Shown: positions 9,355-17,300 of the stretch, one piece after another
Layout of the letters: every line of letters starts with the position of its first letter
Position numbering within the stretch: position 1 is the stretch's first letter
From: Bacillota bacterium
GTDB lineage: Bacteria; Bacillota; Clostridia; Christensenellales; UBA1242
DNA: 64,000 nt
Assembly (NCBI GenBank): GCA_009784375.1
Contig: WRBV01000005.1
Span: 12,553-76,552 of the forward strand
Direction: 5' to 3'
Notes under the pieces: model-generated
Databases searched by the model: none
What the model was told of the DNA's origin: nothing
The model's input: the letters and a program-made list of their open reading frames with translations, nothing else
Made by a program: the position numbers and the translations under genes

Positions 9355-10200
9355 TTACGCCTTGCCCAGTTTTTTCAAAGCTTTGCCAAGCCCATCAATC
9401 ATGTCAAATTCTGTACTATCATAGGATATAGGGGTCACCGAAATATAACCCGCATTATATGCACCCATATCATCGTCGTCACCACTTGCCTCACGCTCGG
9501 CACGTCTTGCCCAGAAATATTTTCCGCCCTTTGGATCCACGCCTGGTTCAAAAATGTATTTTGTGTTGGTCTTTCCCATTTGGGTAAATTTAACGCCTTT
9601 GAAGTCTTTGTAATCATCAACCTTAGGCAAATTCATATTAAGAAATGTCTGTGGTCCCAAATCAAGTTTGGCAAACTTTTCAATGTTCTTTTCAACGAAT
9701 TGGATAACAGGCTTTAGTGTCTCTGGTGAATTGTCACCCATCTCGAACTCGGTCGCAACGACAATAGCCTTTTTACCAAAGTATACCGCCTCCATAGCCA
9801 TACCAACGTGACTTGACGAATAAATATCTGGACCCAAATTAGTACCATTAGAAATCCCACAAATAACAAGATCGGGCGGACGATTCAACATAATTTCACC
9901 CAACATAATCGACATTGCATCGGCAGGATTTGAATAAAATTCGTAAATGGCAATTCCATCCATGTTCGCAACAAGGCTTGTTTCCTCTTTATTTTTTGCC
10001 GATTTTTTTGCTGGTGCCGATACAGTCGTTATCTTGTTAACTCGCGTTGGTGCATTGACAAAAGAAAATGCCTGGGCACGATGTCCAGAATCACTCGACA
10101 TACTTGCCACGGTCACCTTGTGCTTTTTGGACAAAGCACGCGCCAACATCCCCACACTATTGCGACTTTTATTATTTGCTGTTGCAATCAAAATGTTCAT
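9355..10200 (-). CDS. divergent SurE-like protein, DD motif absent
   Basis: GISNGTNLGPDIYSSSHVGMAMEA and a C-terminal YISVTPI match the SurE fold. The N-terminal motif reads TANNK. There is a Lys/Ala-rich insertion. Confidence 0.6.
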   Translation of the reverse strand: MNILIATANNKSRNSVGMLARALSKKHKVTVASMSSDSGHRAQAFSFVNAPTRVNKITTVSAPAKKSAKNKEETSLVANMDGIAIYEFYSNPADAMSIMLGEIMLNRPPDLVICGISNGTNLGPDIYSSSHVGMAMEAVYFGKKAIVVATEFEMGDNSPETLKPVIQFVEKNIEKFAKLDLGPQTFLNMNLPKVDDYKDFKGVKFTQMGKTNTKYIFEPGVDPKGGKYFWARRAEREASGDDDDMGAYNAGYISVTPISYDSTEFDMIDGLGKALKKLGKA

Positions 10201-10206
10201 AATCCA

Positions 10207-10234
10207 AGTATAGTACCGAAATTAAAAAAATCAA
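10207..10234 (-). promoter_or_regulatory. candidate promoter of the surE-like/cmk/plsC/hyd gene string
   Basis: Minus strand: TTGATT, 16 nt, TATACT. The -10 ends 6 nt before ATG 10200 and no SD is visible, so this may be a leaderless transcript. Confidence 0.3.
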
Positions 10235-10249
10235 AACGTAAATTTGAAA

Positions 10250-10272
10250 AAGAAAAAAGGGCCTTGCCCTGT
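10250..10272 (-). terminator. rho-independent terminator after 10281..10958
   Basis: Minus strand AGGGC-AAG-GCCCT followed by a T-run. Confidence 0.55.
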
Positions 10273-10280
10273 TTCATATA

Positions 10281-10958
10281 TTACATTCTGTCTGTGTTAT
10301 CAAATGTTTGTCCGCCAACATTTTGTGTTCTTAACTTTGTTCCACCTTGTTCTTTTTCAAGACTTCCTCTTACTGCAGACATATATTGAATCATTTTTGC
10401 CCAAGTTCCTTCGCCGTAAATGTACGGGGCAAACCATTCAATTCCTGTTTGTCCTGGCTTATTCCAATGCTCGCGTCCAAATACTTCAATTCCTTCGTTT
10501 TGCATTTCTTTGTTCCCAATAATACCGTTTGCAAAAACCATGAATCTTCCTGTAAGTTCTGGATACTCTTCTAAGATTCCTTTAATTACTTCCAACTTTG
10601 AATCAATGTCACGGCTTTGAAAATTGCCAAAATCACCTATGTTACTTTCATTCCAATCTGGCGCAATCGCAACAGAATGAATGTTTTCAAGCCCCATTTT
10701 TTCAATCTTATCAAAAACATTGGACAAATCGTATCCACTATCACGTCGCCGTGTCCATCCTGAATTATCAACTTTTTCTCTTGGCATAGTACCCGCCGCC
10801 TCTATTCCAAGAAAGTCCAAATTACATGTACCTGCATCCTCTTGGAATTGATTGAAAATTTCATCGGCTACCGTCTATTCATCTATTACGTCGTTAACAC
10901 GATGTCCCTTGTAGTTGAGAGAATAAACATACAACATATTCATAGTTTTCTTATCCAT
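10281..10958 (-). pseudogene. hypothetical gene interrupted by one in-frame TAG (10875-10877)
   Basis: AAAGGAG then ATG 10958 opens a 27-codon frame that stops at TAG. The same frame continues for 198 more codons, the last 179 of them as track ORF 10281..10820 (called from TTG 10820). Confidence 0.5.
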
Positions 10959-10991
10959 TGTAAAACTCCTTTGAATTTTAAAAGATAAGAA

Positions 10992-11022
10992 ATTATACCC
11001 CCCCCCCCATCGAATTTGTCAA
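10992..11022 (-). promoter_or_regulatory. promoter with a G11 spacer tract (cassette copy 1)
   Basis: Minus strand TTGACA-AATTCGAT-G11-TATAAT, a 19-nt spacer. The 26-nt block 11009-11034 is identical to 12693-12718. Confidence 0.55.
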
Positions 11023-11058
11023 TACCCAATATTTGGGTTTGCGTGAAAACACCTATCA

Positions 11059-11198
11059 CGTCATTCAGAGTGACCGAGGAACGAGGGAGCGAAGAATCTA
11101 GGCGAAGCCGCACAAAAAAAGCAACTCCTCTTTCAAAGTCACTTTTTTATTTGGATGAATTTATTGCGGCTTCGCCTAGATTCTTCGTCCGAATGACG
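11059..11198. repeat. long inverted repeat (REP-like family) between dacB-like gene and promoter cassette 1
   Basis: Perfect 23-bp arms at 11090-11112 and 11165-11187, plus outer 8-bp arms CGTCATTC/GAATGACG. 52-nt loop. Confidence 0.65.
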
Positions 11199-11237
11199 CA
11201 CTATGGGGTGTGTCGCTTTTGAAGTTGTTCTTTCGAT

Positions 11238-12371
11238 TTACTCCTCCATCGGTATTAACGGAACGGCAATCAATAATTTGTCATCAAGGAACACACATGC
11301 ATCGTGGTCGTTTAATTGTATTTCAAGTCGTTTAATCTCGGCTTCGGTTAATGGGTAAAAGTGGTCTTCGGCAACCATACCAACACGGTCAAATCGGTCG
11401 GGATGAGTCGGCGTAATTAATGTCTCGGCGGCAAGCACTTTGTGCATGAAAAATTCATTTGTACCGCGTTGCATAAGTGTCTCGGATTCTTCAAACATTG
11501 GACCGCAATTTAATACTACGCATACTACTTGCATGTCATTGCGTTCTAATGCCCCTACGAAACAACGCCCCGCCTTGCTTGTAAAGCCCGTTTTAATGCC
11601 TATGACATTTTTATTAGAACGAAGCAATCTGTTTTTATTCTGCAACATTCTTGGATAATCCTTGCCACTTATACGTGTATCCTTTGTTGCAACGATTTCG
11701 GCAAAGGTTGGATTTTTCATAGCATATGCGGATATTAACGCAAGGTCATGTGCGGTTGTATAATGCCCATCCTGATCAAGTCCATGCGGGTTTCTGAATG
11801 ACGAATTCTTTGCACCTGCTTTTAGTGCGGTTTGGTTCATCAACTCGGAGAATTCATCCAATGACTTTGAAATATGAAGTGCAAGTGCATTACTTGCATC
11901 GTTACCGCTCCGCAACATCATTCCAAGCAATAATTCACGGACTGTTAATTGCTCGCCTTTTTGAAGATATATACTTGTCCCTTCGACACCGATTGCCTTT
12001 GGATGTATGTTTACAACTTCGTCAATGCTTTTGACATTTTCAAGCACGGTTATCGCGGTAACCACCTTTGTGGTCGATGCCATTGGCAACTTTGCATAAG
12101 CATTCTTTTCATACAAGATACGTCCGCTTGAGACCTCTATTGTACACATGGCACGTGCCGATGTTTGTGCATGAATTGCAGCCCCAACAGCCCCAGGTCT
12201 TCCCGTTGCCATTCGTGCGGCATATCCACGGCTTGTCATTGCTGTTCCCGCTACAAATGTTGCCACCATTAAAACGGCAATCACGGCAAGCGCAATTTTG
12301 GTCATCTTTTGTCTTCGTTTACTTTTAACTTTTCCCATGTCCCTAGTTATTTGCAAACAAATGAGTTTCAT
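11238..12371 (-). CDS. D-alanyl-D-alanine carboxypeptidase (S11, PBP5/DacB-like)
   Basis: SxxK (ASTTK), SGN (RSGND) and KTG (IKTGFT) motifs, with an N-terminal membrane anchor. The start is probably an internal Met (MGKV.. or MTKI..). Confidence 0.85.
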   Translation of the reverse strand: MKLICLQITRDMGKVKSKRRQKMTKIALAVIAVLMVATFVAGTAMTSRGYAARMATGRPGAVGAAIHAQTSARAMCTIEVSSGRILYEKNAYAKLPMASTTKVVTAITVLENVKSIDEVVNIHPKAIGVEGTSIYLQKGEQLTVRELLLGMMLRSGNDASNALALHISKSLDEFSELMNQTALKAGAKNSSFRNPHGLDQDGHYTTAHDLALISAYAMKNPTFAEIVATKDTRISGKDYPRMLQNKNRLLRSNKNVIGIKTGFTSKAGRCFVGALERNDMQVVCVVLNCGPMFEESETLMQRGTNEFFMHKVLAAETLITPTHPDRFDRVGMVAEDHFYPLTEAEIKRLEIQLNDHDACVFLDDKLLIAVPLIPMEE

Positions 12372-12376
12372 GCAAT

Positions 12377-12400
12377 AAAAAAAAGAAGCCGTCTGACTTC
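12377..12400 (-). terminator. rho-independent terminator after the small lipoprotein gene
   Basis: Minus strand GAAGUC-AGAC-GGCUUC (one G-U pair) followed by U8. Confidence 0.55.
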
Positions 12401-12404
12401 TTAA

Positions 12405-12641
12405 TTATTTCTCTCTTTCTGATGCACCCGCCAATAGTAACATAAATAACGCCAATCCCGTACCACGGACCCTCCTCCTACCAACATCGCCACTTCCTGT
12501 TTGATCTGAACTTTGTTCCACAGTATATGTACAACTGTCAACATTTTGAACGCCCGCAGATTGTTCAGAAACACATCCAGAACTAAGAAGCAACGTCCCC
12601 ATAAGTGCTGCTGTTGCCACACATTTGCTGAGTTTTTTCAT
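12405..12641 (-). CDS. small putative lipoprotein (78 aa)
   Basis: MKKLSKCVATAALMGTLLLSSG|C is a signal peptide with a lipobox. AGGGAG RBS lies before ATG 12641; track ORF 12405..12713 extends upstream through the promoter. Confidence 0.5.
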   Translation of the reverse strand: MKKLSKCVATAALMGTLLLSSGCVSEQSAGVQNVDSCTYTVEQSSDQTGSGDVGRRRVRGTGLALFMLLLAGASEREK

Positions 12642-12676
12642 ACTATGTTTCTCCCTTGCATTTAAGAAGTTACTAT

Positions 12677-12706
12677 ATTGTACCCCCCCCCCATCGAATT
12701 TGTCAA
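12677..12706 (-). promoter_or_regulatory. promoter with a G10 spacer tract (cassette copy 2)
   Basis: Minus strand TTGACA-AATTCGAT-G10-TACAAT, an 18-nt spacer. Same conserved cassette as 10992-11034. Confidence 0.55.
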
Positions 12707-12846
12707 TACCCAATATTTAAATTTAACAATATTGCCAATTACGTTATCCTTATTTTTATAGTTTATCCCGCACAAAATCACATCCACTATCATAAGTAAT
12801 TCCATCTTGGGACATTTATTATAATTGTCCATAAGGAGGAACATAT

Positions 12847-13485
12847 ATGTCCTTTTACGCAGACAGAAGGCATCCACGTCCAGGTCCTATTCCATGCAAT
12901 CCATTGCATGCATGTGGACTGCATCATCGTGTGGCAATCGAAGCAAGGCGAATTCTTGACAGCGCCATTCGCAAAGAAACACTCGAGGATGTGCCGCTTG
13001 TAATCAATGAACGAACTCTGCCGCCACCAGTACGTTTTATAAGTGCAACTACAACACAAACAGCGGCACCTATTTCAAATATTGCAATATCTCGCATAAA
13101 GGAACGCCCAGCCTTTGCACGTGTGTCATGCGATGTAATAACACCGCTTAGTGTGTGTTTTGAATGTGAACAAGGTGTACGCTACACAGGAACAAGTCAA
13201 GTCAGCTGTCACCACGATATTGTGTTATATGTCCCCGAACAAGACAGCATCTTTCCATTCGAGGTGGTAGCCCAAACATCTGCCTCAGCCCCAGTCGGTG
13301 ATGTGGACCTTACACGCGGGCTTATATATGCTACCATTTGTTCAACTGCTGTTATAAAAGTCGTAACCGAGAGTGACCTGCTTGTCCCTGTTTTCGGTCA
13401 CGCGCCACCAGGTAACGCAATAACATTCAAGGAGGATGTATGTAAAGAGTTTTTCGAACTTCCGCTTTACCCAATGGGAAAATAG
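12847..13485 (+). CDS. hypothetical protein (212 aa, Cys-containing)
   Basis: Strong AAGGAGG RBS before ATG 12847. No family recognised. Confidence 0.55.
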   Translation: MSFYADRRHPRPGPIPCNPLHACGLHHRVAIEARRILDSAIRKETLEDVPLVINERTLPPPVRFISATTTQTAAPISNIAISRIKERPAFARVSCDVITPLSVCFECEQGVRYTGTSQVSCHHDIVLYVPEQDSIFPFEVVAQTSASAPVGDVDLTRGLIYATICSTAVIKVVTESDLLVPVFGHAPPGNAITFKEDVCKEFFELPLYPMGK

Positions 13486-13570
13486 AATATAACCGAGTAC
13501 GAACGCCATAACAGCGAAATCACAAACGTACTGGGGTGCGGGAAACATAGCCCGCCAAGGAGAACATATT

Positions 13571-14197
13571 ATGATCGGAAAAGACCTACTTGTACCCGCA
13601 CTTATGGGACTTGGGATTTTTGCTCAAAATTCCGAGATGAATCTTGCAAATAACACAAGCATACTTTTGATACTATTTTTACTTCTCAAAGAATGCAACA
13701 AAGATGACGGACATTATGACGGCGATGGCATTATCGCATTACGCGGAGCTCGTGCTGGATATCGCGTTGGAAGAAGTGTTGGTCGCGGAATAGAGATAAT
13801 TAATGACGGCTACTATTACGGCGGTGGTTGTGGATGTAACGATGGATGTGGATGCAATCAAAGACGACGAAATAATGGATGCGGATGTCACCATAATGGC
13901 TGTGGTTGCCCAGAACTTTACAGAGCCCGCTTTGATGATGGTTGCGGATGCCACGACGATTGTGGCTGTGGTTGCCACGACGATTGTGGCTGTGGTTGCC
14001 ACGATGGTCATCGCCACGGAAGACATCACCACGGACATCACCACAAACACAGACGCAAAAAACACGAACGTATCGACAAAATCGCAGACGAAGTTGCAGA
14101 CGAGGTCGAAGAACGCCTTCGCCCATTTGAACGCCGCGTAGAACAACAACTGGACAAAATTACAAAATGTTCATGCGGACACCACCAATCGTTTTGA
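13571..14197 (+). CDS. Cys/His-rich repeat protein with a hydrophobic N-terminus
   Basis: AAGGAGA RBS. Two N-terminal hydrophobic segments are followed by GCGC-type repeats (GCGCN, GCGCHH, GCGCHDDCGCGCHDDCGCGCHDGH) and a His/Arg/Lys tract. Confidence 0.6.
   Translation: MIGKDLLVPALMGLGIFAQNSEMNLANNTSILLILFLLLKECNKDDGHYDGDGIIALRGARAGYRVGRSVGRGIEIINDGYYYGGGCGCNDGCGCNQRRRNNGCGCHHNGCGCPELYRARFDDGCGCHDDCGCGCHDDCGCGCHDGHRHGRHHHGHHHKHRRKKHERIDKIADEVADEVEERLRPFERRVEQQLDKITKCSCGHHQSF
13949..13996 (+). repeat. perfect in-frame 24-nt tandem duplication inside the Cys/His-rich gene
   Basis: TGCCACGACGATTGTGGCTGTGGT occurs twice and a third partial unit follows. Each unit encodes CHDDCGCG. Confidence 0.8.
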
Positions 14198-14216
14198 TTC
14201 CACCACTTCGGTCAAA

Positions 14217-14328
14217 ATAAAAAAGACGACTTCGTTGCATTCTTCGAATGCCTTCTATGCCTTTTTTGGACATTAATGTAATGTATTTATGAAAAATCGC
14301 AAACGATTTTTCTTAGGTCATAAAAAAA
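14217..14328 (+). repeat. ~110-nt structured intergenic element, copy 1
   Basis: Aligns along its length with 22752-22852 and with the first part of 36334-36581. It contains the hairpin GAAAAATCG-CAAA-CGATTTTTC and ends in TTAGGTCATAAAA. Confidence 0.7.
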
Positions 14329-14346
14329 CCGCCACTCGGCGGTTTT
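14322..14346. terminator. bidirectional rho-independent terminator
   Basis: AAAAAAACCGCC-ACTC-GGCGGTTTT between convergent genes. Confidence 0.7.
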
Positions 14347-14349
14347 AAT

Positions 14350-17300
14350 TTACTTTCCCAAATCTCTCTCATTTAACACAGCTATTTGCCTTTGTGCTTC
14401 TGCGATTCTATTTTGTGCTTCTTGAGTAGTAATTGAAATGCCATTTACCGTCTGCCCTCTCATCGCGGCTTGAATAATTTCTTGTTGTTTTTGTATTGCC
14501 CCTTGAAGTTGTTGTCTTTGTTGTGCCAACAATTGCTGCTTCTGTTCAGATGTCAAAGGTTTCTCCACCAGCACATCTACCTTTTTTCGTTTTAAATCTT
14601 CCCAACCCCAACTTGGATTTTCAAGGAACGCAAGCAGCCCTTCAACACTTGTAAATACACCCTTGTTTTCTTTCAGTTTATCAATCTGTTCCTGGTATGC
14701 ATCCCCAAAAAGATTTTTAAAGAACATTTTTGATTCATCTGAATCTATGTTGGCAAAATATCCACCTGCAATCTCTTCGATTATTTGCATACCTTTTCCC
14801 TGGTTTATATTTGCAACATCATGAAGGTCAATCGCACCACCCTTGAATTTTTTGGTAATTCTTTGAATACCCTTCTGACCGTATGCCTTTGTATATCCAC
14901 TATCAGTAGTCGCACTCTCCACAGCATTTTCATACGTGCTAACTTTATCATCATATTTCTTATTTGCTATACCTGCATTAATGTCTACATATTTTGTCAT
15001 TCTTTTGGCGGTTAATCCAATGCTGTCAAAAACTTGATAGCGTTCATACAGCAATTCTTCTTTCCTTGCTTCATCTGTTTCTGCCAAGATTTCGGCATCA
15101 ATCTTCCCAAGCTCTATCATAAGCTCGGCCTTTAACACTCTTTGACCAAGTGCCATGACTTTCATATCCTGCCACTTGCCTTCATCGGTTGTATTGTCCG
15201 TTGTCTTTTTTTGGTCGAAGCCTTTCCATTCTTCAAAATAGGAATATTTTTCTAATGGATTTCCATCCCTGTCTCTCTTAAGATCCTCTTCCCTTACTTT
15301 TTCATGCCTTTCTTTATTATAACTGGCTGTACAATATTCTTTCTTCCAAAGCTCGAAACCAGATTCCTTTTTATTGGAATTAAAAATTCTATCCATCGAT
15401 GCACCATATCCAGCACTTTGAATGTTGGCAAACATCTTAGCAACCACTTCTTTTGCAAGTTTGTATGATTTTTTACATCTTCTAATCGGAAATCCGCCAT
15501 ATGGTGAATCAAGCTCACTACGACTTGCTTTCTTTTTTTCTGCTTCTTTCTCTGGGTTTTTAATTGCCCCCTTATGAGAAGTAATTCCATTCTTTTCAAG
15601 ATCTTTTAATCGTTGTTCATCGAATAGTACATCTTTATCAAAAAGCCGTTGAACTTTTTTTGTTTTCTCGGCACTTTTATTTTCTTTTTCATCCGCGATG
15701 ATGTCAATCATCAAGATGTCCAAGTTGATTCTCTTCATATCCGTTATGATTGGTGACAATGTTTTATCAGAGCCATCATAATCAAGACCAAGGAATCTGC
15801 TGAAAGTTACTGAACCTTCTTTTTCATTTTTAAACTGCTTAAGCAGGTTATTTGGCACATCCTCTTTCAAAAATCCATTTCGTCTTACACAACCCAATTC
15901 TAAATCATTCAAATCAAATAATTTAACAGCACCAGCACGATCGGTAATCTTTCCGCCGTCAACACCAGCCTGAAGCATGTCAAGGTTCTCTCTGACTTTT
16001 GTTGTTTCTTTTTTTGTCAGGCTTCCGTACTTTTCATATTTACCAGTCAAATCACGTACTCTGTTATATAAATCTTGTGGGCTGCAATCTTTTCCAGTTA
16101 TGATTTTATCAAGCTCTTCAATAAATTCTCTGTTCTTATCTACAAGACCATATTTACCGTCTATACCTTCTCTTTCTTTACTTCCAACGAAAAGGTCATT
16201 CAACTTTTTTTGTGCAGGAGACATAGGTCCACTCTTTTGGGTTGCTATGCCTAAACGATGTGCGGCAAAAGTTTCAAACTTGACATCATCTTTATCACCA
16301 TCAAGTTCTGAATATTCACATACAAGCTCTTCTTTATCAGTTTTCTCATTTCTTTTTGTTGTCTTTGGAACATAATCATACTGCCTAAGACCGCCAAAGA
16401 ACATATCTGCAGCCTGTTCACGTGCAACCTCAGCCATGGCATTTACCACTTCTCGAGTTATTGTGGTATCAAAACCCAACTCTCCTTCAAGTGCTTTTGC
16501 AATTTCGAATACTGAAGAAGCTGCCATATTCTGAAGTTCAAGCATATCCTTCCTCAGACTGCCCTTGTTGTACTTGTTGTCTTTGTGAATAATATAACTT
16601 CGATCAGCCATAGAAATTTCATTGTTATTAAGTTTTTTCATACGGTCTTCGAGAATTTCTCGACGCCTTGCAAATGCCTCTGGATCTATTCTTGAATCAC
16701 GAAATTCGGCTATACCATAACCATCTTTTTGCAGGTCAACTTTCTTTGACCTATCAAGCGACGTAAAAACGGACTTAACATACTTGCCCATGTTTTCATC
16801 ACTATTAACCGATCTAAGAAATTCAATTTTATCCTTGTCTAACGATTTAAAAAATTCTGCTTTTGTTCCGAAATAACCTTGCAACTCGTCTTTCACATAG
16901 TCCGATTCAAAAAACCCAGAAAGCTCTTCTAACTCTTCATCGGTACAAAATAGTCGGTCAATCTCATTCATCTTTTGCATGAGTTTGAATAATTCATTCG
17001 GATCGATTTGGCTTTTTACATTTCTGTCTTGTGGCTTTACACATTTGCCTGATTTACAATAATCTGTACCAGTATATCCAGTAAGGATACCGTTTATAAC
17101 GGCATCTTCCATGTCTTCTTTTTCAAACATGCTGAGTGTATCTAGAAGATAATCACCATATGTATCCCCAGACTCTGGCATCCCAGATTGAACCTGATCC
17201 ATTATCAATTTTACTGTGTCGGCATCCTTGATATGTTTTTCTAGTATTTTTTTAAATTCAGCTTTTTTTGCGTTATGTTCTTGACCTTTTAACGCTCTTA

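Noticed and set aside
10875-10877. In-frame TAG as evidence for pyrrolysine or genome-wide TAG reassignment
   Set aside because: TAG acts as a normal stop elsewhere in the window. At 904-906 it is followed 1 nt later by a terminator. At 33914-33916 it ends uvrB within the next gene's SD. No pyl genes are visible.
11059-11198. The long inverted repeat as an invertible promoter (inverton)
   Set aside because: The segment between the arms is only 52 nt and contains no convincing -35/-10 pair. No recombinase gene lies nearby. A hairpin or REP function is more plausible.
11016-11222. Track ORFs lying in repeat DNA: 11016..11222 (+), 47490..47672 (-) and 1983..2237 (+)
   Set aside because: They are translations of the palindromic REP-like elements, giving sequences like RVTEERGSEESRRSR. 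They have no SD and overlap hairpins, so they are typical spurious repeat ORFs.
13739-14149. Four additional long ORFs on both strands across the Cys/His-rich gene (13739..14149, 13800..14126, 13803..14141, 13942..14130)
   Set aside because: Low-complexity GC-rich repeats keep several frames open. Only frame 13571..14197 has an SD, a plausible N-terminus and a terminator.
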